From the NCBI GenBank assembly GCA_045541375.1, contig JAZQJB010000087.1:6327-70326 (forward strand): 64,000 nucleotides of DNA, written 5' to 3'. Positions 16,410 to 25,836 of this stretch are shown here, piece after piece. Under the pieces are notes generated by a model, which was not told the DNA's origin, did not search any database, and saw only the letters and a list, made by a program, of their open reading frames with translations. The position numbers and the translations under genes are program-made. Each line of letters begins with the position of its first letter. The stretch's first letter is position 1. The DNA is from Eubacteriales bacterium. Its GTDB lineage: Bacteria > Bacillota > Clostridia > Oscillospirales > CAG-272.

Positions 16410-18287
16410 ATGAAAAAACACTCTTCAATCAGAATTCTTTCCTGGATTCTTTTATTGACTATGCTTACCTCTATCATCTGCGCGTGCTCTCCTTCGGGAA
16501 CAACCGAAGAAACCACTGCAGGCGAAACTGCACCTTCGACCGATGAAATCGTTGAAACCGAAGCTGCAACAGATGCGGAAACCACAGCTTCCGCAGAGAC
16601 CACAGCTCCCGAGGCAACGACCGAGGCTGAAGTAACAACCGCACCCGTCGCAGCAGAGAAGAAGGACTACGTTGTAACTCTCGAGTGGCATCTCGGCTAC
16701 GTAGGCTCCGATACCAACTCAAGCTGGAAGGAAAAGCTCAACAAAACGGGCGGAATGTATTCCTACAGCGAAGTCATCAACCTCGGTCCCGCGGGAAGCA
16801 CCGTGACCTTTACCGATGACAATACCAACTCCAACGGCGACACGAACTTCGCATCCGCCGCAGCTTACGTTTTCTCTTCCTGGAAGAAGGAAAACGGCAC
16901 GTGGGTCATCGACCTTTCGGGCTATAAGGCAAACGGCACTTATGCAGAGTATACCGATGCCGCAGGCGCAAGAACCTATACATACACATCCGAAAAGGAT
17001 AATGAATGCATCAGGCTCTGCTATCGCTCGGGTCAGTCCACTTCCTTTACCCCCGCGGCATATCCCACAGTAACTGTCAACTCGACCAAGACTCCCGTGG
17101 TTGAATTGGACGACCCCAACGCAGATGTGGTAACTACTGCTCCCGAAGTTCCGGCGGGCACAGCACTTGACGCCAAGTGGAACGCAGGTTACGTTGGTTC
17201 TTCTACCAACGGCTACGGTTTTGCAAATGCTATCAACCCGAGCGAGAATAATTACGCTTACTCCGACGTTATCGAGATAGCAAAGAAGGGAACAAAGGTT
17301 ACCTTCACCGATAAGGCAGCAGGCTCGACCTCGGGCAACGCTTATGTCGTTTCCTTCTGGAAGAAGGAAGGCGGCAATTGGGTCATCGACCTTTCCAAGC
17401 ACAATATCCCCGGCGGCGGACAGTACGTAATCACTTCAGGCTCATACGGCGTTGAGTATACTTATATTTCGAGCGAAGACAACGAATGTATCCGCTTCTG
17501 CTTCCGTTCGAACGGCCTTAACAACAGACCTACCATCTACTCATCCGAAACCAATGAGCCCGGTACGCTTCAGGATATAATTGATGCGGCTGCAGCTGCT
17601 GAAAAGTGGTTCGAGGACGATAAGGCACGGGCGTTCTATGACATCCTCAAGGGCAAGACTTTCACCGTCATCGGCGACAGCTATCTTGCAGGCAACGGAC
17701 TTGACAAGAACCTCGTTTGGCCCGCACTTCTTGCAAAGAAGTATGATATGGTCTTCAACAACTACGGTATGAACGGCTCGACCATGTCGAATTACGTTAC
17801 CAGCAATAACCCGATGGTTGTCAGATATGCCAATATGGCAAACAACAATCCCGACATCGTTATTATCGAGGGCGGACGTAACGACTATAACAAGAACGTT
17901 CCCATCGGAGAAAACGGAAGCACCGATACCAAGACGATGAAGGGCGCGGCAAGATTCCTCATCACCAAGATTCAGGAAAAGTATCCGAATGCTCTCATCA
18001 TCTGCCTCACCGTATGGGAGGTTGGCGGAAGCAAGAACTCCGCAGGCAATTATTGCAGTGATTACGGCAAGGCACTCCTTGAGGTTTGCGCCGATATGAA
18101 CGTTCCTTGCATCAACGCAATGGATCAGGCATACACCGGTGTCAAGATGACAGATGCCGCCTTCAGAAGCAAGTATTGCATGAAGGCAAACGACATCAGC
18201 CATCTCAACGAAGCCGGCATGAAGCTCGTATTCCCCGTATTCGAAAAGGCTATCGCTGATTTTTATGCGGCAAGCGTAAAACAGTAA
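16410..18287 (+). CDS. Lipoprotein with Thr/Glu linker, two copies of the same module and an SGNH/GDSL esterase domain
   Basis: Lipobox ICAC; GDSY (block I), GRND (block III), DISH (block V). Confidence 0.85.
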   Translation: MKKHSSIRILSWILLLTMLTSIICACSPSGTTEETTAGETAPSTDEIVETEAATDAETTASAETTAPEATTEAEVTTAPVAAEKKDYVVTLEWHLGYVGSDTNSSWKEKLNKTGGMYSYSEVINLGPAGSTVTFTDDNTNSNGDTNFASAAAYVFSSWKKENGTWVIDLSGYKANGTYAEYTDAAGARTYTYTSEKDNECIRLCYRSGQSTSFTPAAYPTVTVNSTKTPVVELDDPNADVVTTAPEVPAGTALDAKWNAGYVGSSTNGYGFANAINPSENNYAYSDVIEIAKKGTKVTFTDKAAGSTSGNAYVVSFWKKEGGNWVIDLSKHNIPGGGQYVITSGSYGVEYTYISSEDNECIRFCFRSNGLNNRPTIYSSETNEPGTLQDIIDAAAAAEKWFEDDKARAFYDILKGKTFTVIGDSYLAGNGLDKNLVWPALLAKKYDMVFNNYGMNGSTMSNYVTSNNPMVVRYANMANNNPDIVIIEGGRNDYNKNVPIGENGSTDTKTMKGAARFLITKIQEKYPNALIICLTVWEVGGSKNSAGNYCSDYGKALLEVCADMNVPCINAMDQAYTGVKMTDAAFRSKYCMKANDISHLNEAGMKLVFPVFEKAIADFYAASVKQ

Positions 18288-18293
18288 AAAATC

Positions 18294-18322
18294 AAGAGGT
18301 TGCCCTTGCGGCAACCTCTTTT
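18294..18322. terminator. Bidirectional intrinsic terminator
   Basis: AAGAGGTTGCC-cttgc-GGCAACCTCTT. Confidence 0.7.
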
Positions 18323-18330
18323 GCATTTGA

Positions 18331-19266
18331 TTATTTATCCTTATAAGTAAACACTTCGCCATCCGTGATGAAAATAAAACTTCCGAGCAGGTCGGTGCGG
18401 TAGATGTTTTCGCCAACGTAGGGCTTTATCCTCGCAAGAGCCTCCGCGTGAGGATGACCGTAAGAATTATCCCTTCCGCAGGAAATGATAGCTATAGTCG
18501 GTCTTACCGCCTCAAGCCAAGCCTCCGTCGATGAAGTTCTCGACCCGTGATGTCCCATCTTCAGAAGCATCGAGCCGAGCTCGGCTCCCGAGTATGTTCG
18601 AAGAATAGACTCTTCCGCGGGCTTTTCGGCATCGCCCGTCAGCATTGCCGTTGTCTTGCCCCACGTCGCCTTGATGACTATCGAGGAGTTGTTTGAGTCA
18701 AGCTCCTTGTTTTCGGGATCGGGGCCGAAAACGAACATATCAAATTCGCCGAGAGAGTAGGTCTCACCGGGAAGAGCGTTGTAAACCTTGCAGCCCTCCG
18801 CCGCGATGGCGTCCATCATAGCCTTATAAACTTTGGTCGTTTTCTCAAAATCGGGTTTGATTACGTTCAGTACCTCGTATTCCTCAAGCACCATATCCGC
18901 GCCGCCGATGTGGTCGGAATCGGGATGAGTGAAGATCGCGTAGTAAAGAACGTCAACTCCGCAAAGATCAAGATATGTTTTAAGATCTTCCTCTGCGCTG
19001 TTCTCGCCCGCGTCGATAAGAATATCGCCCTCGGGCGTGCGGATCAAGGTCGCGTCACCCTGACCGACGTCAATGAAGTGATATTCGACTTCACCAAGCT
19101 CGCCCGAGCTGTGCGTGACGCTGCTCGTGCTTTCGGTTGTGGTTTCAGGCTGTTTGTATTTTGCGTCTATGTACTGCGAAATGATATAAAGAGCGATTAT
19201 TATCAGCAGTATAACAAGTATCACCTTTATGTCAAGTTTCTTTTGCTTCTTCTTTTTCTTCGCCAT
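18331..19266 (-). CDS. Stand-alone ComEC-type MBL-fold nuclease with N-terminal TM anchor
   Basis: FIDVGQGDA, THPDSDHIGG, NNSSIV, TGDAE, GHHGSRTSS, NSYGHPH. Confidence 0.85.
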   Translation of the reverse strand: MAKKKKKQKKLDIKVILVILLIIIALYIISQYIDAKYKQPETTTESTSSVTHSSGELGEVEYHFIDVGQGDATLIRTPEGDILIDAGENSAEEDLKTYLDLCGVDVLYYAIFTHPDSDHIGGADMVLEEYEVLNVIKPDFEKTTKVYKAMMDAIAAEGCKVYNALPGETYSLGEFDMFVFGPDPENKELDSNNSSIVIKATWGKTTAMLTGDAEKPAEESILRTYSGAELGSMLLKMGHHGSRTSSTEAWLEAVRPTIAIISCGRDNSYGHPHAEALARIKPYVGENIYRTDLLGSFIFITDGEVFTYKDK

Positions 19267-19401
19267 GATCTCCTCCAAAGTACTTTTTTATAACATTATA
19301 CACTTTTTTTCTCCATCCTTCAATACTTTTTTTGAATTTTCAGTTGATTATTTCATAACTTCGTGGTAAAATAATTAGAGAAATTTTTTCGGAGATCTGA
19401 A

Positions 19402-20283
19402 ATGTTGAATATCAGGAATAAAAAAATCAAGCAAATCCTTTTGGATATATTGACACTGACAGCGGGCGCGGTCATTTTTGCTACAGGTGTTGCGTGTTTC
19501 CTCGACCCCAACAGCATCGCCCCCGGCGGTATTTCGGGTGTTGCGATCATTATAACCAAATTTTTCGACGTTATCCCGACGGGTACCTTGATAGCACTCA
19601 TAAACGTGCCGATACTCCTTGTCGGAACGCTGAAATTCGGATTTAAGTTTTTGGCATCAACCATGTATGCCGTGCTTGTTTCCTCGGTAGCGGTCGACAC
19701 ACTGGGCGCGCTAATCGGACCTTTGACCGATAACCTTCTCCTCGCCGCAGTCGGCGGAGCGGTTCTTGTCGGAACGGGCGTGGGACTCGTTTTCAGAACG
19801 GGAGCAACTACGGGCGGAACAGATGTTATCGTAAAACTCCTCCGCACAAAATGGCGTCATCTTCCGACGGGCATTGTGTTCGGATTTGTCGACGGTATGG
19901 TCTGTCTTACCTCGGGAATCGTATTCAAAAATATCGAGGTAATGATCTATGCGGGCATAGCTCTTATGCTGCAGAGCATGATAATGAACAAGGTCCTCTA
20001 TGGCGGCGACGGAGCGAGAATGATCTATATCATCAGCTCGGAAAACAAAGAGATCGCCAAACGCCTTATGAAGGACGTCGACGTCGGCGCAACCTTCTTC
20101 AAGGGAAACGGAGCATATTCGGGACAGAATTACGAGATCCTTATGGTCGTTATGAGAGCAAAACTCCTTCCTCAGGCGCGCGACGTTGTAAAGCAGGTCG
20201 ATGACGGTGCGTTTATGATCGTCACCAATGCGACCTCGGTCTTCGGAGAGGGATTCAAGAAATACGACTCGGAAGAGGTATAA
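19402..20283 (+). CDS. YitT family membrane protein
   Basis: APGGISG, GATTGGTD, GAT...G.GAYSG, AFMIV...VFGEGF. Confidence 0.9.
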   Translation: MLNIRNKKIKQILLDILTLTAGAVIFATGVACFLDPNSIAPGGISGVAIIITKFFDVIPTGTLIALINVPILLVGTLKFGFKFLASTMYAVLVSSVAVDTLGALIGPLTDNLLLAAVGGAVLVGTGVGLVFRTGATTGGTDVIVKLLRTKWRHLPTGIVFGFVDGMVCLTSGIVFKNIEVMIYAGIALMLQSMIMNKVLYGGDGARMIYIISSENKEIAKRLMKDVDVGATFFKGNGAYSGQNYEILMVVMRAKLLPQARDVVKQVDDGAFMIVTNATSVFGEGFKKYDSEEV

Positions 20284-20289
20284 TTATTT

Positions 20290-22635
20290 ATGAATATTTT
20301 CGGTGGAAGACCGGGAGTTTCGGCGGGGGTTCTGGCGGTCATAGCCACCCTCGCCGCCTTTTTCTTTGTCAAGGCTGTTGCTTTTGCCTTGCTCGCCGGT
20401 GCCGCCGTGTTGCTAATTATGCTCGTCATACTTTGCGCCTGCGGATATATCAAGCCCTATAGGCTTTTCGCTTCTGCTTTTGTTATGATCATATTCTGCA
20501 CAGCTCTTTTGCGCGGTTCTGTCTTTTTTGAGCGTAAACTACCAATCGCAGATAACTTTGCGGGAGAGGACCGCTATATTCACGCAACAGTAACAGAGCG
20601 ACGCGGAGCAGCGGATTATTTTGCCGTTTTCGTCCTACGCCTTCACTCGATCGACGGCGAAGAATACGAAGAAAAAGCCATTCTGAATTGCGAGTATAAC
20701 TCGGGATTTCAGGTCGGGTACGAAATTGTCCTGCGCGGAGCCGCTGTGACCTCTTTGGCAGCATATCAGAAGGACGAGGTCTATGACCTTTTATCCGAGG
20801 GAATAGTCCTTTCGATCGTTTTGGAGGACGAAAACGATTCTGCGGTTCTTTCAAAAAATAATCTTTCCTTTGCCGATAAATGCAGATCGTTGAATATGCT
20901 CTGCTCCGCAAAGCTGAAAAATTCAATAAAGGGCGACGGAGGAAAACTTGCCGCGGCAATGCTTCTTGGCGATAAAAGCGCGATCCCGTCTTATGTTTAC
21001 CGCGATTTCAGCCGCTCGGGTCTTTCGCATTATCTTGCCGTCAGCGGACTTCACGTTTCGATAATCACGGGTGTCGTATCCTTTATCCTTTTGAATCTGC
21101 GTATAAAACGCTCGTATCGCAATCTTTTGCTTGCTCTTTTTGCTTTCGCTTATCTTTGCCTTCTCGGATTTCCGATAAGCGCGATCAGGTCGGTCGTAAT
21201 GCTTATGACCGTCTTTATAGCATACTCTCTCGGCGACAGTTCGGATGCCCTGAACGCCCTCGGACTTGCCGCGGCAATGCTGACGCTAATAAATCCGTGC
21301 GTCGTTTTTGATAAAAGCTTTGTTCTGTCATTCTGCGCTACACTCGGTATAGTCGTTTTTATGCCCTTGTTCAATTCGTTTATCATAAAGATTTTTGAGG
21401 ACAGAAGCGAAGATAAAAGTGATGACGGAAAAGCTTGCGGCAAGCGTATACTGAGAAAATCCGTTTCGTTCGTTTTCGGAACTCTTTTGAGCATCGCCTC
21501 CGCACTTTCGCTGACTCTTCTACCCGTTATGTGCTTCTTCGGTGAGGTATCCATCCTATCCTTCAGATCAAACCTCACGGCAACCTTCGCCGCAACACCG
21601 CTTCTGGCGGCATCGCTGTTTTATCTTATCTTCGGCGGAATTCCTTACATAGGCGAATTACTTGAATGGGTGATAGACGCCTCGTCGGGTTATATGCTTG
21701 CCCTTGCCTCAAATCTCAGCAATACTCAAGGCGCACTTGTGTCACTTATATCAAAGCAAGCTTCGATCCTTGTGTTGACATTCAGTTTAGTTATATTTTT
21801 CTTCCTGATAATTAATCTAAAGCACAAGAAGCCCCTACTCGTTCTGCCTGCTTTATATCCTCTTGTACTTGCAGGACTTGTATTGATCTCGGTCGTCAAC
21901 CGCCCTGTAAACGCCGAATTCGAGATAATGTCAGTCGGATCAAGTGAAACGATATGCGTAACTAAGGGAGCAAGTTCCGCAATGATCGACATTACCGAAG
22001 GACATTATTCTCCTTTGTCATTAATGTATATGGAAGCGCAAGAAAAAGGCGTCACCGAGATCGACACGCTTATGCTGACACATTATCATTCGAAGCATCT
22101 TTCTGCCGTGTCGCGGTTTATTTCGAATGTTAAAGTGCGTCGCATATTGCTACCGTATCCTCAAAACGAAAACGACGCTTGGATCATGGCACAACTTGCA
22201 ACAACGGCAAGCTCTTCGAACGTAGCGGTCGAAATGATTCCTGAAAGCGGAATCGAGGTGATCAACGGCGTATTCGTTTCATATTCGGGTATCAACCGTA
22301 TCAAAAGATCAAATTCGCCGATCCTTTTCCTGTCGTTCGATAGCGGGGAAGAGCGGCTTACCTATCTTAGCGAGTCATCTTGGGAGGCGACCGGTGATCT
22401 CCGCGCGAAGCTTGATGCCGCAGTTGCGGAAAGCGAATACGTCTTTATCGGAGTTCAAGGCCCTGTCGCGAAGACCGTCTTTGACATTCCAATTGCCGAC
22501 GTGGAAAAAGTCTGCCTTTTGGGCGATCCTTGCGAAGAATATCTGATCCATCCCGATTCAAGTATTTTCAATGCAGCAGGCAAGTTGAATATCGAAGTCG
22601 GAGTATCCCGTAAAACCGTTATTTTGAACGAATAA
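20290..22635 (+). CDS. comEC: ComEC/Rec2 competence membrane protein
   Basis: AMLLGDK, FSRSGLSHYLAVSGLHV, S..RS..M, SF.LSF.AT.GI; C-terminal MBL domain degenerate. Confidence 0.8.
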   Translation: MNIFGGRPGVSAGVLAVIATLAAFFFVKAVAFALLAGAAVLLIMLVILCACGYIKPYRLFASAFVMIIFCTALLRGSVFFERKLPIADNFAGEDRYIHATVTERRGAADYFAVFVLRLHSIDGEEYEEKAILNCEYNSGFQVGYEIVLRGAAVTSLAAYQKDEVYDLLSEGIVLSIVLEDENDSAVLSKNNLSFADKCRSLNMLCSAKLKNSIKGDGGKLAAAMLLGDKSAIPSYVYRDFSRSGLSHYLAVSGLHVSIITGVVSFILLNLRIKRSYRNLLLALFAFAYLCLLGFPISAIRSVVMLMTVFIAYSLGDSSDALNALGLAAAMLTLINPCVVFDKSFVLSFCATLGIVVFMPLFNSFIIKIFEDRSEDKSDDGKACGKRILRKSVSFVFGTLLSIASALSLTLLPVMCFFGEVSILSFRSNLTATFAATPLLAASLFYLIFGGIPYIGELLEWVIDASSGYMLALASNLSNTQGALVSLISKQASILVLTFSLVIFFFLIINLKHKKPLLVLPALYPLVLAGLVLISVVNRPVNAEFEIMSVGSSETICVTKGASSAMIDITEGHYSPLSLMYMEAQEKGVTEIDTLMLTHYHSKHLSAVSRFISNVKVRRILLPYPQNENDAWIMAQLATTASSSNVAVEMIPESGIEVINGVFVSYSGINRIKRSNSPILFLSFDSGEERLTYLSESSWEATGDLRAKLDAAVAESEYVFIGVQGPVAKTVFDIPIADVEKVCLLGDPCEEYLIHPDSSIFNAAGKLNIEVGVSRKTVILNE

Positions 22636-22701
22636 TGTGCGCATTGTGTTCATACAATGAGTCGATTTTGTACGAATTCGTAATAATTTGCGAAAAAAGT
22701 G

Positions 22702-22730
22702 TTGACTTTTGCAAGAAAAATTGATATAAT
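22702..22730 (+). promoter_or_regulatory. Sigma-A-type promoter of the riboswitch/ABC operon
   Basis: TTGACT-N17-TATAAT. Confidence 0.7.
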
Positions 22731-22758
22731 ATATTCGTATTTGTTTACGATGTATTTT

Positions 22759-22827
22759 GCTTATATAATATCTGAAATAAGGTCAGAAAGTTTCTACCGG
22801 ATAGCCGTAAATCGTCCGACTATAAGC
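22759..22827 (+). ncRNA. Purine riboswitch aptamer (guanine-type)
   Basis: P1 GCTTATA/TATAAGC; P2 TCTGA-aataagg-TCAGA; core GTTTCTACCGG; L3 CCGTAAA; GACTAT gives C at the specificity position; upstream of a nucleoside ABC transporter. Confidence 0.92.
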
Positions 22828-22847
22828 TCCCATAAAGATTTTTGACG

Positions 22848-22888
22848 GGAGAAGAGTCGGATTGGCTCTTTTCTCGTTTTGTATTTTC
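22848..22888 (+). terminator. Riboswitch expression-platform terminator
   Basis: GAGAAGAGTCG...TGGCTCTTTTCTC hairpin followed by T-rich run. Confidence 0.6.
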
Positions 22889-22940
22889 GGCACAAAGTGC
22901 TGCAAATAAATTTTTCATTATTATTTTATGGAGGAAAACC

Positions 22941-24143
22941 ATGAAAAAGACACTGTCGCTTATCCTCGCAGTTCTTATGCTCCTTTCTGTCACTCTCGCG
23001 TTCGCATCTTGCGGCGATGCTAATGCCGATTTCAAAGTTGGCTTCATCTTCCTGCATGACGAGAACTCCACCTATGACAAGAACTTCATCGATGCTGCAA
23101 ATGCAGCATGCGCTGCTCTCGGTCTTACCGCAGATCAGATCATTATGAAGGTCAATATCCCCGAAGGCTCCGAGTGCTACGACGCAGCTTGCGAGCTCGT
23201 TGACGACGGCTGCGATCTCATCTTCGCTGACTCCTTCGGTCACGAGGACTTCATGATCCAGGCTGCAAAGGAATTCCCCGATGTTCAGTTCTGCCACGCT
23301 ACCGGTACCAAGGCTCACACCGAAAAGCTTGCTAACTATCACAACGCATTCGCTTCCATCTACGAAGGCCGTTACGTTGCAGGTATCGTTGCAGGTATGA
23401 AGCTCAACCAGATGATCGCTGACGGCAAGATCACCGCTGAGCAGGCTGTTATCGGTTATGTTGGCGCATGGCCCTATGCAGAGGTTAAGTCGGGTTACAC
23501 ATCCTTCTTCCTCGGCGCACGTTCCGTATGCCCCTCCGCTACCATGAAGGTTGAATACACCAACTCCTGGTTCGACATCGCTCTCGAGAAGACCGCAGCA
23601 GAGAAGCTTATCGGCGACGGTTGCGTTCTTATTTCCCAGCACGCTGACTCCGAGGGTGCTCCCAAGGCTTGTGACGCTGCAGGCGTTCCCAACGTTGCTT
23701 ACAACATCAGCACCAAGGATATCGCTCCCAACACCTGGCTCATCTCTTCCAAGATCAACTGGGAGCCCTACATGAAGCTCATCATCGAAAAGACCCGCGA
23801 CGGCAAGGGCAATGAGATCCCCTATGACTGGTGTGGTGGTATCGAGGAAGGTTCCGTTCAGCTCACCGAGCTCAACACCGCTCTCGCAGCTCCCGGCACA
23901 CAGGAAGCTATCGATGCTGCTATCGCTGCATTCAAGGCAGGTACTCTTAAGGTATTCGACACCGCTACCTTCACCGTTGGCGGTCAGAAGCTCGAGTCTT
24001 ATATGGCAGACGTTGATTCCGACGCTGCATTCACTCCCGATACCGAAGTTATCAAGGACGGTTACTTCAACGAGTCCGCTGACGGTCTCCGTTCCGCTCC
24101 TTACTTCGATCTTATCATCGACGGTATTACCGCTGCACAGTAA
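22941..24143 (+). CDS. BMP-family nucleoside ABC transporter substrate-binding lipoprotein
   Basis: Lipobox FASC; FADSFGH, YEGRY.AG..AG, IGYVGA, ISQHADS. Confidence 0.9.
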   Translation: MKKTLSLILAVLMLLSVTLAFASCGDANADFKVGFIFLHDENSTYDKNFIDAANAACAALGLTADQIIMKVNIPEGSECYDAACELVDDGCDLIFADSFGHEDFMIQAAKEFPDVQFCHATGTKAHTEKLANYHNAFASIYEGRYVAGIVAGMKLNQMIADGKITAEQAVIGYVGAWPYAEVKSGYTSFFLGARSVCPSATMKVEYTNSWFDIALEKTAAEKLIGDGCVLISQHADSEGAPKACDAAGVPNVAYNISTKDIAPNTWLISSKINWEPYMKLIIEKTRDGKGNEIPYDWCGGIEEGSVQLTELNTALAAPGTQEAIDAAIAAFKAGTLKVFDTATFTVGGQKLESYMADVDSDAAFTPDTEVIKDGYFNESADGLRSAPYFDLIIDGITAAQ

Positions 24144-24291
24144 TTTACAGTTCTAAAGCCTATAGGGGATGCCGAAAGCTCGGCATCCCCATGGGCGTTT
24201 TTCTGTATCCGAAGTTTTTATCCGAGCACAGAAGCTGTTCTGTTCCGGGATAAAAGTTTCGGAAGCTTGTTTATGAAAGGGAAGAGACCTA

Positions 24292-25836
24292 ATGAATAAC
24301 GTAGCAATAGAACTCCGCGGAATTACAAAGAGATTCGGAAGCGTTGTTGCAAACAGCAACGTAAATCTCACCGTTTGTAACGGCGAGATCCTTTCGCTAC
24401 TCGGTGAAAACGGAAGCGGAAAAACGACCCTTATGAATATGATCTCGGGTATCTATCACCCTGACGAGGGTCAGATCATCATTGGCGGCGAGGCGGTATC
24501 CATCAACTCGCCTCACGACGCATTCAATTACAAGATCGGTATGATCCATCAGCATTTCAAGCTGGTAGATCTTTTTACCGCAGCTGAAAATATCGTTCTC
24601 GGACTTGATGAAAAGGGCAAATTCGACATCAAATCGGTATCAAAAAAGGTTGCTGAGATCAGCTCGAAGTACGGCTTTGATATCGACCCTTCAAAGAAGA
24701 TCTACGAAATGTCGGTATCCGAAAAGCAGACGGTCGAGATCATCAAGGTTCTTTACCGCGGTGCCGATATCCTCATCCTTGACGAGCCGACAGCAGTTCT
24801 TACCCCTCAGGAGACCCGCAAGCTTTTCGACATTCTTCGACGTATGCGTGCGGACGGAAAGGCAATAATAATAATTACTCATAAGCTTCACGAGGTTCTT
24901 GATCTTTCCGATAAGGTTGCTGTTCTCCGCCACGGAGAATATGTCGGCACTATCAATACCTCCGAGGCTGATGAAAACATCCTCACCGAAATGATGGTGG
25001 GCAAGAAGGTCGAGCTCAACATCGAGCGCCCCGACCCCGTTGATCCCACCGACAGACTTGTCGTTGAGCATATCGACTGCAAGAACCGCGACGGCGTAAA
25101 GCTTCTTGACGACGTAAGCTTCACCGTTCGCTCGGGCGAGATCCTCGGCATCGCGGGTATCGCGGGAAGCGGCCAGCGTGAGCTTCTCGAGGCTATCGCA
25201 GGATTGCAAAAGCTTGATAGCGGTTCGATCCTTTACCATAACCCCAAAAACGGCAAGACCGAAGATCTGCGCGATAAGACCCCGCTTGAGATCCGCGAGC
25301 TCGGCGTTCGGCTTTCCTTCGTTCCCGAGGACAGACTCGGCATGGGTCTTGTCGGAAACATGAGCGTTGTTGACAATATGATGCTTCGTAGCTACCGCAG
25401 AGGTAAATCAGTCTTTGTTGACAAACACGGCCCCGAGGAGCTTGCGCAGAAGATCATCAAAGATCTTGAGGTCGCGACTCCCGACGCCGAGACCCCCGTC
25501 CGTCGTCTTTCGGGCGGTAACGTTCAGAAGATCCTTCTCGGACGTGAGATCTCTTCGTCGCCCACGCTTCTTATGGCGGCGTACCCCGTTCGAGGACTTG
25601 ATATAAATTCCTCGTACCTTATCTATGATTTGCTCAACGACCAGAAGCGCAAGGGCGTTGCCGTCATCTTCGTCGGCGAGGACCTTGACGTTCTACTTGA
25701 TCTTTGCGACCGCATTATGGTAATCGGTAGCGGTAAGATCACGGGCATTCTTGACGGCAGAAGCGCCACCAAGAACGAGGTCGGTTACCTTATGACCAAG
25801 ACAGACAGAGAGGAGGAGAGAAGCGATGCAGAATAA
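24292..25836 (+). CDS. Nucleoside/sugar ABC transporter ATP-binding protein (two NBDs)
   Basis: GENGSGKT, ILDEPT, LSGGNVQK, VRGLDI. Confidence 0.92.
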   Translation: MNNVAIELRGITKRFGSVVANSNVNLTVCNGEILSLLGENGSGKTTLMNMISGIYHPDEGQIIIGGEAVSINSPHDAFNYKIGMIHQHFKLVDLFTAAENIVLGLDEKGKFDIKSVSKKVAEISSKYGFDIDPSKKIYEMSVSEKQTVEIIKVLYRGADILILDEPTAVLTPQETRKLFDILRRMRADGKAIIIITHKLHEVLDLSDKVAVLRHGEYVGTINTSEADENILTEMMVGKKVELNIERPDPVDPTDRLVVEHIDCKNRDGVKLLDDVSFTVRSGEILGIAGIAGSGQRELLEAIAGLQKLDSGSILYHNPKNGKTEDLRDKTPLEIRELGVRLSFVPEDRLGMGLVGNMSVVDNMMLRSYRRGKSVFVDKHGPEELAQKIIKDLEVATPDAETPVRRLSGGNVQKILLGREISSSPTLLMAAYPVRGLDINSSYLIYDLLNDQKRKGVAVIFVGEDLDVLLDLCDRIMVIGSGKITGILDGRSATKNEVGYLMTKTDREEERSDAE

